Source: Armatimonadota bacterium
GTDB taxonomy: Bacteria > Armatimonadota > SYMT01
Reading direction: 5' to 3'
Length of the DNA stretch: 64,000 nucleotides
NCBI GenBank assembly: GCA_041690135.1
Contig: JAWLHY010000001.1
Coordinates: 1,216,001 to 1,280,000 of the forward strand
Shown one piece after another: positions 38,520-48,717 of this stretch (the first letter of the stretch is position 1; the number at the start of each line of letters is the position of its first letter). Position numbers and translations under genes: made by a program. The notes beneath the pieces are model-generated. The model was given only the letters and a program-made list of their open reading frames with translations. It had not been told where the DNA came from and made no database searches.

Positions 38520-38712
38520 CCCGGCCCGGCACCAGCCGGACCGGAGACCGAACCCGCGGCTACTGTCTCAGCTTACCGACGCTTGCGATGGTTCAAACTC
38601 TCCGTCTCACCTGTTGGAAGAACGGCATCGGCCACGAGTTCCATGCGCGAAAGGTTAAGCGCCGCGCTGCGTTGAAGTGATTGTAGCACGGACGGTAAAT
38701 CAGGAGACACGA

Positions 38713-39510
38713 ATGAAACTAGGAGCGAATTCGGTCCTGTTTGGCGGACACGATCTGGAAACAGCCTTCAAATACTTTTCGATGGCGGGATATGACGGCA
38801 TTGAGCTCTCCGCCATCCCCAACATGAGCGAGCACCTGGTCCTCGAGCGGTGGCAGGAATTGGTGCCGGAGATTAAGCGGTACGCCCGCGATTACCAGCT
38901 CGAGTTGCTGGCCATCGAACAGCCGTCCCAGGACGCCGGCCGCATGGAGCAGGCGTTCCAGGCCGCTTCCGAACTGGGTGTGCCTGTGGTGAACTGCGGA
39001 CCCGGCGGCAAAACCGGCGACGAGGAAAGCCTGCAGCAATCCATCGATACCATTGGGCGCCTCGTGGGGATGGCCGAGAAATACGGGGTCACCCTTTGCG
39101 TCAAGGCGCACGTCGGCAATGCCATCTACAACACCCCGACCACCCTGCGTCTGATGGAAGCGATCACCTCCCCGCTCTTTGGGGTGGACATGGACCCTTC
39201 GCACATCTACCGGGCCAATGAAGACCCGGTAGAGGCGATTACGGCCGTGGTCTCCCGGGTGAAGCATGTGCATATCCGCGACTGTAAGGGTCGCCAGCAG
39301 GGCCCCGGTAAGCCGGAACTCCAGGCCAACGGCCGGGGCGACATCAACCTGGTCGGCTACATCCGCGCGCTGCACGACGCCGGGTACACGGGCCCCGTCA
39401 ACCTGGAGATCATCGGGGCGAAGGAGTACACCGTGGAGCAATGCTGCACCATCGCCGCCGAGTCCCGGGGTCACATGCAGGCCTGCCTACAGGCCTGTGG
39501 TGCAAGGTAA
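38713..39510 (+). CDS. Sugar phosphate isomerase/epimerase (xylose-isomerase-like TIM barrel)
   Basis: GYDGIEL; DMDPSH; HVHIRD; GYTGPVNLE. Confidence 0.88.
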   Translation: MKLGANSVLFGGHDLETAFKYFSMAGYDGIELSAIPNMSEHLVLERWQELVPEIKRYARDYQLELLAIEQPSQDAGRMEQAFQAASELGVPVVNCGPGGKTGDEESLQQSIDTIGRLVGMAEKYGVTLCVKAHVGNAIYNTPTTLRLMEAITSPLFGVDMDPSHIYRANEDPVEAITAVVSRVKHVHIRDCKGRQQGPGKPELQANGRGDINLVGYIRALHDAGYTGPVNLEIIGAKEYTVEQCCTIAAESRGHMQACLQACGAR

Positions 39511-39574
39511 TCTCCGGGAAATCCTGGTAAGATCGGTTGGGACTTTTGTAGTCGGTCGCGAGGAGGTTGGTTCG

Positions 39575-40156
39575 ATGTCCGTAGCTGTTCGCGAGGTAAC
39601 CCCTCCCCTTCTCACGTATGAAGACTATCTTGCGGAAGGAGAGGTCAATCAGAGGTACGACATCATCGATGGAGTGCGCATCGTGACGAACCCGCTTCGC
39701 CGTCACCAGCGGATTACTCAGAAGCTGCTGCGTGCGCTGGAAGACTACGAAACTGCGACAGGCCGCGGAATGGCCGTTGTTGCGCCATCGGATGTCCTGA
39801 TTACCCAGGTACCGCTGCGAACTCGCCAGCCGGACGTGCTCTTCATCAGTCATGAGCGGCTGGCGGAATGCGCGGGCGATACGGATCCCGCGCTGTTGTT
39901 CCGCGCTCCAGAATTCGTGGTAGAGGTGCTCTCTCCGAACGAGTCCCGTGGGAGCATCCTGTCCAAGCTGAATGATTATGCGCGGGTCGAGGTTCTTGAA
40001 GCCTGGCTGGTAAGCCCCCAGGCAGAAACGATCGAGGTGATCCGTCTTGCGACGGATCACCTCGAAACCGTGGCGGTCTACGGGGCAGGGCAATCGGCGC
40101 GGTCCGTGGTGCTGGACGGCTTCGAGATCCCCCTGTCCGTTGTCTTCGCCCGGTGA
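39575..40156 (+). CDS. Uma2 family endonuclease
   Basis: AGGAGG RBS; RQPDVLFI; APEFVVEVLSP; KLNDYA..EAWLV. Confidence 0.88.
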   Translation: MSVAVREVTPPLLTYEDYLAEGEVNQRYDIIDGVRIVTNPLRRHQRITQKLLRALEDYETATGRGMAVVAPSDVLITQVPLRTRQPDVLFISHERLAECAGDTDPALLFRAPEFVVEVLSPNESRGSILSKLNDYARVEVLEAWLVSPQAETIEVIRLATDHLETVAVYGAGQSARSVVLDGFEIPLSVVFAR

Positions 40157-40157
40157 A

Positions 40158-41060
40158 CTAACCGAAACCGGCGACCTTCTTCACGACCTGCATCGCGTGC
40201 TCGGGCGTGGAGGAAGTCCCGTGCTCCATCCCTACGTAATCGGCGTAGCCTTCCTGGCGCAGCACCTTGAAGATGTTCTCGTAGTTCATCTCGCCGGTGC
40301 CGGGCTCCTTGCGGCCGGGCACGTCACCGATCTCCACGAACTTGATCCACTTCTTCCGCAGCCCCTCGCGCAGGTTGTTGATGATGTTCCCCTCGCTGAG
40401 CTGCAGGTGGTACATGTCGAAGTCCAGCTTCACGTGCGGGTGGTTCACCTCTTCAACGATCTTGAACCCGTGCCGGGCGGAGAGGACGCTCATCTGCGGG
40501 CTCTCGACGATGTTGAGCGGCTCCAGGCAGAAGTAGACGTTGTTCTTCGCCGCGATATCGCCGGCTTTCTTCAGCCCTTCGATGAACTGGCGGTGCTGCA
40601 CTTCGAGCGGGATATCCTTCTCGGTGGCGCCGAGGAAGCAAATCAGGTTCTCCACGCCGAACCGCTTGGCCACTTCGATGTGATCCTTGAAGTCCTGCAG
40701 GAAGGCCTCTTCGTAACCGGTCTTCGTCAGCCCGGTTTTCCAGCCGGTCTTACCGTTTCCGGTGATGCTGCCGCACTTCAAGCCTGTCTTCTTCTGCGCG
40801 GCTTCCATCGCGGCGGCCTGGTCCTGCTTCAGGCCCCAGAAGCTGAACGCCTTGTACCCCGCATCCGCCACCCGCTGGATGCGCTCGGCGTAGGGCATGC
40901 TGCGGGGGAACATGATCTCGACGTTGGCCGAGAGGGTGTAGCGAGGCGGCGGCACTCCGTCCTGCGCGGCGGCGGGGGCGGCCGTCTGCGCCAGTCCCGC
41001 CGTGGCGAGGGGGGCAAAGGCGGCGGCCGAAAGAAGCTGTCGGCGGTTGATTTCACTCAT
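40158..41060 (-). CDS. Tat-exported hydroxypyruvate isomerase family protein
   Basis: NRRQLL leader; CLEPLN; DMYHLQLSEGN; GDVPGRKEPGTGEMNY. Confidence 0.9.
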   Translation of the reverse strand: MSEINRRQLLSAAAFAPLATAGLAQTAAPAAAQDGVPPPRYTLSANVEIMFPRSMPYAERIQRVADAGYKAFSFWGLKQDQAAAMEAAQKKTGLKCGSITGNGKTGWKTGLTKTGYEEAFLQDFKDHIEVAKRFGVENLICFLGATEKDIPLEVQHRQFIEGLKKAGDIAAKNNVYFCLEPLNIVESPQMSVLSARHGFKIVEEVNHPHVKLDFDMYHLQLSEGNIINNLREGLRKKWIKFVEIGDVPGRKEPGTGEMNYENIFKVLRQEGYADYVGMEHGTSSTPEHAMQVVKKVAGFG

Positions 41061-41293
41061 AGCGGGCTCCGCGATCGATGACGTACGACGGGTGTCGGAA
41101 AAGAACAGCCCGGCATCCGGCCTCTCTTCACGGAAACTCACCGGTGAGGGAGCCACGGGTACAGTAAGGCCGGAGGGGCGAGCTAATATAGCTTCGGTGT
41201 GAAGGGCCCCGCAGACCTCCTCGGCCTGCGCTCCTCACCCCCTCCGGCTGTCTGGCGTATTTCTTGTTTCAGGGAGTAACCGGCGACGGGAGG

Positions 41294-41482
41294 TCAGTCG
41301 TCGCCGGGGCCGTGGTGGGCATACGGCATACCGCTGGGCCGGGTAGGCCCTACCTCTTCAATGTTGACCCACCGGCCATCCAGCCGGATGCCGGTGAAGG
41401 TGGGCTCGCTATCGCAGCTGGATTCGCGGCAGAGGGTGCGGGGTTGCAGGCACCAGCGGCATACTTCTTCGGTCTTTACCAC
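41294..41482 (-). CDS. Small Cys-rich protein (62 aa)
   Basis: AGGAGG RBS before GTG; CRWC-x6-C-x4-C. Confidence 0.55.
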   Translation of the reverse strand: MVKTEEVCRWCLQPRTLCRESSCDSEPTFTGIRLDGRWVNIEEVGPTRPSGMPYAHHGPGDD

Positions 41483-41553
41483 GTCTCTCCTCCTGGGACT
41501 GGACCAAATCGACGGACGGTAGGACACGGCCTTCCACCAGAAGTTGCTGTTGC

Positions 41554-41605
41554 TTCAAGAAGGGTTTCTGGACGTAGGAGGAGAACGTCTAGACATCTTC
41601 TAGAA
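41554..41605. promoter_or_regulatory. Array of 8-bp palindromic operator-like sites
   Basis: TTCAAGAA (41554), TTCTGGAC (41566), GTCTAGAC (41587), TTCTAGAA (41598). Confidence 0.5.
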
Positions 41606-41615
41606 AGCAGTCGGA

Positions 41616-42479
41616 ATGCAACCGAGAACGGCGAAGAAACCGGTAAAGTGGGGTACGGTCCTCGATCCGGACCTGAAGGATGAAGTTGCCCTGAACTGCG
41701 AGCAGCGGGGAATGACGGTGGCCCGTTTCACGGAAGGGGCCCTCCGGCAGGCGCTGGGCGGAACGCTGCTGGATGAGTTCTCCAGCGACACCCCCATCGT
41801 GGTTTCCCAAACCCGCGACTCGCCGCGCCCGGGGGAGCTTTTCAGCATCGCGCTCCTTTCGGAACACTGGGGCACCTCGCGCCTGCGGGTCCTCCCGGGC
41901 AGCCAGCAGCTCTTCGAAACTGAAGGGGAGCCGATATCCGAGCTCCGCAGTTCGTTCATTTCGGTCGGCTCCCCCAAACTGAACCTGGTCACCCGCTGGT
42001 TGGACCACGTGGGTTTCGACTCCCGCCATTGGGCGGCCCGTTACCGTCTGGAGCACTGCGATTGCGAGGAGCGGGCCGAGGGAATGGACCAGGGCCAGGA
42101 AGCGAGCTGGCACCTGCGGACACGCGTTGACGAGGCACTCCACCGCCGGCCGTACACCGGGGAAAGTATCGCGGAGGCGTTCTGGGACGACTGGGGCATT
42201 ATCCGCCTTCAGGAGAACCCCCGCTCCCGCGATGCACGGGGTCGCGTGCTGGTCCTGGCGGGCCTCAGCTACATGGCCACCTCCACCTGTGTGATGATGG
42301 CCACCTCGCGCCGTTTCTCCGCGGAAATCCGTCGCCAGTTGGGAGTGAGCACCACGGAGCCCTTGCCGGAGTTCGAGGCGATCGTGCACTTCATCTACGT
42401 GCAAGGCGTTCCGCAACTCGTCGATCCGCTGCGAGGTTCCGTCCGTCGGATCACGCCCGAGGGGCCCGTGACGGATTAG
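41616..42479 (+). CDS. Putative regulator: N-terminal ribbon-helix-helix plus uncharacterised alpha/beta domain
   Basis: KWGTVLDPDLKDEVALNCEQRGMTVARFTEGALRQAL; C-domain FISVGSPKLNLVT..DWGIIRLQENP..VLVLAG..FEAIV. Confidence 0.65.
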   Translation: MQPRTAKKPVKWGTVLDPDLKDEVALNCEQRGMTVARFTEGALRQALGGTLLDEFSSDTPIVVSQTRDSPRPGELFSIALLSEHWGTSRLRVLPGSQQLFETEGEPISELRSSFISVGSPKLNLVTRWLDHVGFDSRHWAARYRLEHCDCEERAEGMDQGQEASWHLRTRVDEALHRRPYTGESIAEAFWDDWGIIRLQENPRSRDARGRVLVLAGLSYMATSTCVMMATSRRFSAEIRRQLGVSTTEPLPEFEAIVHFIYVQGVPQLVDPLRGSVRRITPEGPVTD

Positions 42480-42483
42480 GACG

Positions 42484-42553
42484 GGCCTTCGGCCGATGAG
42501 GATGAGGATAATGATTAGGATTGGGAGCGGACTGAACGCGCGGATGAGGATGC
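42484..42553. repeat. GGCCTTCGGCC hairpin plus GAT(G/T)AG hexamer run
   Basis: GATGAG GATGAG GATAAT GATTAG GATTGG ... GATGAG GATG. Confidence 0.55.
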
Positions 42554-42620
42554 CGTGTGTTTTGGAGAACCGTTGAAGGTGATGGCGCCGAGCGGATTGG
42601 GAGCGCTGAAGAGGGGTTTC

Positions 42621-43757
42621 ATGAAACGACTTTGCCAGAGGGTAATTCTTACGAGCGTTCTGGTCCTGGCGGCCATCCCCGCGGGTTACGCGGCGCGGGA
42701 CAAGAAGGCCGCACCGCCGGCTACACTTGCCCCCTACTTCACGGCGCCGGCGGAATTCGCGCAGGATCTGGGTAACTATCGCTCCCCTCTCCGCTTCGAT
42801 GACGGGGCGCCGGTGCGCAATAAGCAGGACTGGGCTCGCCGGCGGGAGGAGATCCTGCGTTACTGGCACGGGCGGATGGGGCCCTGGCCGCCCGAGATCG
42901 TAAAGCCCAAAGTGGAAGTTCTGCAGGAGGAACGGCGCGAGAACTTCCTGCAGCAGCGGGTGCGGGTGCAGGTCGCCCCCGATCGCCACAACGAGGGCTA
43001 CCTGATGGTCCCGGAAGCGACCGGCAAGCGGAGAAGCCGGTTGCCGGCCGTGCTGGTGGTGTACTACGATCCGGAAGCCGGTGCGGGCCAGGGCAAGGAA
43101 CTGCGCGACTTCGGCTATCAACTGGCGAAGCGGGGCTTCGTGGCGCTCTCCATCGGCAGTCCCTACACCTCCAACTACCCGGCTAAGGATGGAGCGGTCC
43201 TCCAGCCGCTCTCCTATCTCGCTTATGTGGCGGCAAATTGCCGCAACGCCCTGGCGAACGACCCACGGGTCGATCCGCAGCGGATCGGCATCGTCGGCCA
43301 CTCCTACGGCGGCAAGTGGGCGATGTTCGCCTCCTGCCTGAATGAGAAGTTCGCCTGTGCCGCCTGGTCGGACGGCGGCATCGTCTTCGATGAAAGCCGC
43401 TCGAACGTGAACTACTGGGAGCCGTGGTACCTGGGCTTCGACCGGGCCGTCACCCGGAAGCCCGGCGTCATTACGCCGAAGAGCCCCCGCACCGGCCCCT
43501 ATAAGCAGATGATGGAGGACGGCCGGGATCTCCACGAACTGCACGCCCTCATGGCGCCTCGACCGTTCCTGGTCTCCGGCGGCTCGGAAGACCCGCCGAT
43601 GCGGTGGAAGGCGCTCAACCACACGGTGGCCGTCAACCGCTTACTGGGTTACGAGAACCGGGTTGCGATGACCAATCGGCCCGCCCACAGCCCGACTCCC
43701 GAATCGAACGAGCAGATCTACCAGTTCTTCCATTGGGCGCTGAAACACCCGCGTTGA
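42621..43757 (+). CDS. Secreted alpha/beta hydrolase (dienelactone hydrolase / esterase-like)
   Basis: Signal peptide; VDPQRIGIVGHSYGGK; DLHELHALMAPRPFLV. Confidence 0.87.
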   Translation: MKRLCQRVILTSVLVLAAIPAGYAARDKKAAPPATLAPYFTAPAEFAQDLGNYRSPLRFDDGAPVRNKQDWARRREEILRYWHGRMGPWPPEIVKPKVEVLQEERRENFLQQRVRVQVAPDRHNEGYLMVPEATGKRRSRLPAVLVVYYDPEAGAGQGKELRDFGYQLAKRGFVALSIGSPYTSNYPAKDGAVLQPLSYLAYVAANCRNALANDPRVDPQRIGIVGHSYGGKWAMFASCLNEKFACAAWSDGGIVFDESRSNVNYWEPWYLGFDRAVTRKPGVITPKSPRTGPYKQMMEDGRDLHELHALMAPRPFLVSGGSEDPPMRWKALNHTVAVNRLLGYENRVAMTNRPAHSPTPESNEQIYQFFHWALKHPR

Positions 43758-44009
43758 GCCCGTGTTCCGCGGCGACCGCCTGATTGGTACGGAGAAGTTA
43801 AGGTCAGGATAACGGAAGGGGTGAATCAGTGTTGCCGGTCGCCCACTCGTTAGGCTACGCTTAAGATGTCGGTGCGGCCTGAATGTGGATCCATTCGGAA
43901 CGCACCGCCTCCGGAAGCTGGCTTTATCCCCTGCGGCAGCCTTCCCGGACCGATGATGCTATCGGGTCGGCTGCCCGTTCGTTATTATCGCCCGCGGAAA
44001 GGAACACCC

Positions 44010-44792
44010 ATGTCGCACCTTCGACGGAGAGGGTTCACCCTGATTGAGCTTCTCGTGGTAATAGCTATTATCGCGATTCTGGCTGCTATCCTGTTCCCCG
44101 TGTTCGCCCAGGCCCGCGCCGCCGCCCGGCAGGCGGCGTGTCTCTCGAACCAGAAGCAGATCGGCAATGCCGTGATGCTCTACACCCAGGATTACGACGA
44201 GGTATTGCCCGGCAACACGCCCGGCCAGGCGGCATGCGGAAGCGGCGGAGGGGACGCCGCTACGAGCCTGGGCTTCATGCAGCCCCCGAACGGATCGGCG
44301 CAGCTCCGCAATATCGTTCCTAGAGACCTCCAGCCCTACTTGAAGAACGTTAAGGTCTTCCGCTGCCCGCAATCACGGCCGCGCACCGGATCTCCCACCT
44401 ACGCGGATACCGTTACCAGCCCTAACGGCGGCTCTTCTTCCTACCTGTTCAACGGAGTGGTGGGAATGCGCTCGCTCGCCGTCATTCCCGAACCGGCTAA
44501 CCTCATCTATTCTCGCGAAGAGGATTTCGCGAATCGCTATGCTTCTCAACGCCCCTATCTCCAGACGGCGAGTGGTCTCTACGTTGGCGCTAACTGGAGT
44601 ACCTACGACAAGGTTCACCAGGATGGGGCGAACCTGCTCTTCTGTGACGGCCACGCCAAGTGGATGAAGAAGAGTGCCATTCGTTTCTCACAGTTGGGTC
44701 TCAACCACCCGAATGGGCCGGAGCAACGGCTTTCTACCGACACGACCACGGCGGTCAACGAGGGGAATACTCCGTTGCCGGCCCTGTTTTGA
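44010..44792 (+). CDS. Prepilin-type / DUF1559 / H-X9-DG protein
   Basis: [26 protein letters not shown]; YTQDYDE; [15 protein letters not shown]. Confidence 0.92.
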   Translation: MSHLRRRGFTLIELLVVIAIIAILAAILFPVFAQARAAARQAACLSNQKQIGNAVMLYTQDYDEVLPGNTPGQAACGSGGGDAATSLGFMQPPNGSAQLRNIVPRDLQPYLKNVKVFRCPQSRPRTGSPTYADTVTSPNGGSSSYLFNGVVGMRSLAVIPEPANLIYSREEDFANRYASQRPYLQTASGLYVGANWSTYDKVHQDGANLLFCDGHAKWMKKSAIRFSQLGLNHPNGPEQRLSTDTTTAVNEGNTPLPALF

Positions 44793-44908
44793 TCCCCATG
44801 TGTGGTAGAGGCGGGAGGTAGCTGCGCAGATTGAACCGGATGCGATGGTTTCCGGCTGGATGCGTCGAACGGAGAAGTATGCGGTTCGACGTCCACCGGA
44901 GCCACTCT

Positions 44909-46894
44909 ATGAGACAGTACCGTCGTCTCGGTTTTGCCTTCGCTTCCGTCATCCTTCTGATCAGCAGTACTGCCGATGGCCTGGCCGGTAGTGCTGGAGA
45001 GGAGAGGGCCGCGCTCGAACGGGAGTTGACCGCTCTCGGCGCGGCCCTCGGGCACCTGCGCGAGAAAGCAGACCTTCCAGGGCGCGACCAGCTTCCCGAC
45101 GCGGAACTGTTCCACAAGGGTGCCGCGTGGGCTCTCACCTATGAACCGCGCCTCGCGGGGAAGGATCTCGACCTGGTCCGTCGTGCACTCTCCCGGGGAC
45201 GGGAGCGGGTGACGGCCCTGGAGGCGGGGAAGTTACCCTGGGCCTCGCGGAAAGGAAAGCTCGTCCGGGGATACCGTTCTGCAGTTGATGGCTCCGTGCA
45301 GCCGTACGCCCTGGTGGTTCCACGGAGCTACGATCCCCGCCGCCCCATCCGCCTGGACGTGGTGCTGCACGGAAGCACGCGCCCGGTCGGCCTCAGCGAG
45401 CTGCGGTTCCTGAACCCCTACGATGAAGGCGACGGTGCGGAGACTTCCGCTCCCGACGCGGAGTTCATCGAGCTGCGGCCGCTGGGGCGGGTCGAAAACT
45501 GCTACCGCTGGGCGGGCGAGACGGACGTGTTCGAGGCCATTGAGGACGTTTGCCGCGACTACAACATCGATCGGGACCGGATCGTACTGCGGGGAATGTC
45601 GATGGGGGCCTCGGGCACCTGGCACCTCGGCCTGAAGCATCCGGATCGCTTCGTCGCGCTCGGTCCTTACTGCGGCTACGTGGACACTTACCAGTTTTCC
45701 CGCACTCCCCTCCCCAACTTCGTCCCGGTCGAACCGCTTCCGGAGCCCCAGGAACGGATGCTCCATATGCTCGACTCGGTCGACTACGCCGCAAACGCCG
45801 GGCTCGTCCCGGCCATCGCGGCGATGGGTGAGAAGGATGTCTTCTTCCAGGCGCACGTGATCATGGAGGCGGCGATGCGGAAGGAGGGCCTTCGCATGGT
45901 CAACCTGATCTCTCCCGGTACCGGTCACGTGCAGGACCCGGTCACCTTCAGCGAGCAGATGCGGCAGATCGGTCGGTACGCTGGGCGCGGGGTGGACCGT
46001 AAGCCGGACCAGGTCCGTTTCGTCACCTGGACCCTGAAGTACCCGCGCGCCCACTGGGTGGAGTTGCTGGGCCTGGAAGCGCATTACCGCCGCGCCGAGA
46101 TCCGCGCGCGGAGGATGGACAACGGCGATGTCGTGGTCGAAGAGCTGAAGAACATCACCCGCTTCGCCCTCCACCGTCCGGCGGTAGGTGCCGAGGTGCG
46201 GATTGGCGAGCGCAAGGTCCGCATCCCGCCGGAAGCACGGCAGGCCGATGCCGTCGTTTTCGAGCGTTCCGGCCGTGGGTGGCGCTGCGCGGGAGACCGC
46301 CGAGCGGCCGAGATCCGTCGCAAGCGCCCTGGTTTACAGGGCCCGATCGACGATGCCTTCACCCGGCCCTTCCTATGCGTCCGCGGTACGGGCCAGCCGT
46401 GGAACCCGGCGGTGACGAAGTGGGCCGACGCCAACCTGGAGCGTTTCCGTTACGAATGGCACCGCTATTTCCGGGGAGAGCTGCCGGTGAAGGCCGACAC
46501 CGAAGTGACTCCGGCCGATCTGCGCGGCACCAACCTGGTTCTCTTCGGCGATCCCGGCAGCAATCGGTGGATCCGGCGGGCTCTTCCCCACCTTCCCCTG
46601 CGCTGGTCCCGAAAGGAGCTGCGGTTCGACGGAGCGACCTATCGCTCCGCGGATCACGCGCCGGTGCTCATCCAGCCGAATCCGCTTCCCGGCGGTCAGG
46701 GGAATTATCTGGTGCTGAATAGTGGACATACCTTCCACGAAACGGAGCTCGCTTCGTTAAACTATCTCCTGTTCCCGCGGCTGGGTGACTGGGCCGTTCT
46801 GCGGGTGGGAGGTAAGACCCCGGCTTCGCCTTCCGACCCGCTGGACGAGGAAGTCCTCCGCTCGGGCTTCTTCAACGAACGGTGGGGTTTATGA
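44909..46894 (+). CDS. Secreted prolyl-oligopeptidase-like alpha/beta hydrolase
   Basis: YRSAVDGSVQPY; VVLHG; IDRDRIVLRGMSMGASG; GTGH. Confidence 0.85.
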   Translation: MRQYRRLGFAFASVILLISSTADGLAGSAGEERAALERELTALGAALGHLREKADLPGRDQLPDAELFHKGAAWALTYEPRLAGKDLDLVRRALSRGRERVTALEAGKLPWASRKGKLVRGYRSAVDGSVQPYALVVPRSYDPRRPIRLDVVLHGSTRPVGLSELRFLNPYDEGDGAETSAPDAEFIELRPLGRVENCYRWAGETDVFEAIEDVCRDYNIDRDRIVLRGMSMGASGTWHLGLKHPDRFVALGPYCGYVDTYQFSRTPLPNFVPVEPLPEPQERMLHMLDSVDYAANAGLVPAIAAMGEKDVFFQAHVIMEAAMRKEGLRMVNLISPGTGHVQDPVTFSEQMRQIGRYAGRGVDRKPDQVRFVTWTLKYPRAHWVELLGLEAHYRRAEIRARRMDNGDVVVEELKNITRFALHRPAVGAEVRIGERKVRIPPEARQADAVVFERSGRGWRCAGDRRAAEIRRKRPGLQGPIDDAFTRPFLCVRGTGQPWNPAVTKWADANLERFRYEWHRYFRGELPVKADTEVTPADLRGTNLVLFGDPGSNRWIRRALPHLPLRWSRKELRFDGATYRSADHAPVLIQPNPLPGGQGNYLVLNSGHTFHETELASLNYLLFPRLGDWAVLRVGGKTPASPSDPLDEEVLRSGFFNERWGL

Positions 46895-48717
46895 GTATCC
46901 TATTGAGCTGCCAGGAGTTGACGCATTCCTACAGCGATCGTCCGCTTTTCCGTGGCATCAGCTTCGGGATCTTCGAAGGGGAAAAGGCCGGCCTGCTAGG
47001 CCCCAACGGCTCCGGAAAATCGACCCTCCTCAAGCTGCTGGCCGGCGTGGATCGGCCGGACTCCGGCACGGTCGCGGTCCGGCGCGGGGTGCGTCTGGGC
47101 TATGTGCCGCAGAAAGAGGCGTTTCCGGCCGGGCAGAGTGTGGCCCAGGTGCTCGACGCCGCTCTGGTCCGGGAGCACCTGGACGAGCACGAACGGTTGG
47201 AGCGGGTCGAGACGATCCTGGCGGAGGTGGGCTTTCCGGAAGCGGACCAGGTGGCCGAGACCCTCTCCGGGGGCTGGCGGAAGCGGCTCGCGATCGCGCG
47301 CGAGCTGATCCGGCGACCCGACCTCCTGCTCCTGGATGAGCCCACGAACCACCTGGACCTGGAAGGGATCCTCTGGCTCGAGGAGTGTCTCAAGCAGGCG
47401 CCGTTCGCCTACCTGGTGGTGAGCCACGACCGCTACCTCCTGCAGAACGCGATGAACCGCGTTATCGAGCTGAGCCGCGCCTATGCGGAAGGGTTTCTGA
47501 GCGTCAACGGGCCGTACAACGTGTTCCTGGAGCGGCGGGAGGAGTATCTCCGCGCCCAGGCCGCCGAACAGGATGCCATCGCCACCCGTCTGCGCCGGGA
47601 GGTCGAGTGGCTGGGCCACACCGCCGCGGCGCGCAGCACCAAGGCCAGCTACCGCATCAAAGAAGCCGGCCGCATGATGGACGATCTCGCCGAGCTGCGC
47701 TTCCGGAACTCCCAGAACCGCGCGGCGGAAATCGACTTCACCGCGTCCAAACGCCAGACCCGCGACCTTCTCGTGGCGCAGCAAATCGAGAAGCGGATCG
47801 ACGGCCGGCCGTTGTTCCGTCGCCTGGACCTCATCCTCTCTCCCGGTGTGCGGCTGGGGCTGGTGGGCCCGAACGGCAGCGGAAAGACGACGCTGCTCAA
47901 GATCCTAGCCGGGGAGCAGGAACCCGATTCGGGGCGCCTCAAGCGGGCCGACGATCTTCGTATCGTCTACTTCGATCAGGAACGGGCGAAGCTCGACCGG
48001 AGCCTTTCGCTGCGGGAGGTGCTGGCCCCGGCCGGCGGTGATACGGTGAGCTACCGGGGCCACTCGATGCACATCGTCGCGTGGGCCAAGCGGTTCCTGT
48101 TTACGGCGGACGATCTCAACAAGTCCGTGAGTGTCCTCTCCGGCGGTGAGCAGGCCCGCGTCCTGATCGCGCGCCTGATGCTGGAACCGGCGGACCTGCT
48201 GATCCTGGACGAGCCGACCAACGACCTCGATATCCCGACCCTGGAGGTCCTGGAAGAGAGCCTCATCGACTTCCCCGGCGCGATGGTCCTGGTAACCCAC
48301 GACCGGGAGATGCTCGACCGCGTTTCCACGGAGATCCTGGGACTGGACGGGCAAGGTGGCGCCCTCTTCTTCTCGGACTTCTCCCAGTGGGAACGCACTC
48401 GCAACCAGTCCGCCCTGCGCGAACTCGCGCCGGAGAAGACCTCCCCTCCCCCACCCGCGACACCGGCCGCGCCGCGCCTCTCCATGGCGGAGCAGAAGGA
48501 GCTGAGCCGCATGGAGGAGAAGATCGAGGCTGCCGAAACCCGCGTGGCACAGTTGGAAGAGCGGATGCAGCTTCCGGAGGTCGCTTCCGATCACGTGAAG
48601 CTTCAGGAGTGTTGGGCGGAAGTTCAGGCCGCCCGCGAAAAAGTCACCGAACTCTACGCCCGCTGGGAAGATCTGGAAACCCGCCGCGCCGCCAGCCAGG
48701 CCGCCCGCTCGAGTTAG
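46891..48717 (+). CDS. ABC-F family ATPase (Uup-like)
   Basis: Two NBDs (GPNGSGKST and GPNGSGKTT; LSGG; LDEPTN); no TM; C-terminal coiled coil. Confidence 0.92.
   Translation: MSILLSCQELTHSYSDRPLFRGISFGIFEGEKAGLLGPNGSGKSTLLKLLAGVDRPDSGTVAVRRGVRLGYVPQKEAFPAGQSVAQVLDAALVREHLDEHERLERVETILAEVGFPEADQVAETLSGGWRKRLAIARELIRRPDLLLLDEPTNHLDLEGILWLEECLKQAPFAYLVVSHDRYLLQNAMNRVIELSRAYAEGFLSVNGPYNVFLERREEYLRAQAAEQDAIATRLRREVEWLGHTAAARSTKASYRIKEAGRMMDDLAELRFRNSQNRAAEIDFTASKRQTRDLLVAQQIEKRIDGRPLFRRLDLILSPGVRLGLVGPNGSGKTTLLKILAGEQEPDSGRLKRADDLRIVYFDQERAKLDRSLSLREVLAPAGGDTVSYRGHSMHIVAWAKRFLFTADDLNKSVSVLSGGEQARVLIARLMLEPADLLILDEPTNDLDIPTLEVLEESLIDFPGAMVLVTHDREMLDRVSTEILGLDGQGGALFFSDFSQWERTRNQSALRELAPEKTSPPPPATPAAPRLSMAEQKELSRMEEKIEAAETRVAQLEERMQLPEVASDHVKLQECWAEVQAAREKVTELYARWEDLETRRAASQAARSS

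Noticed and set aside
41294-42479. Classical type II toxin-antitoxin pair
   Set aside because: The genes are divergent and no PIN, RelE, HicA or similar toxin motifs are visible.
41589-43622. 677-aa minus-strand ORF
   Set aside because: Antisense shadow of two plus-strand genes; it reads through the hexamer repeat (ILIIILIL) and has no motifs.
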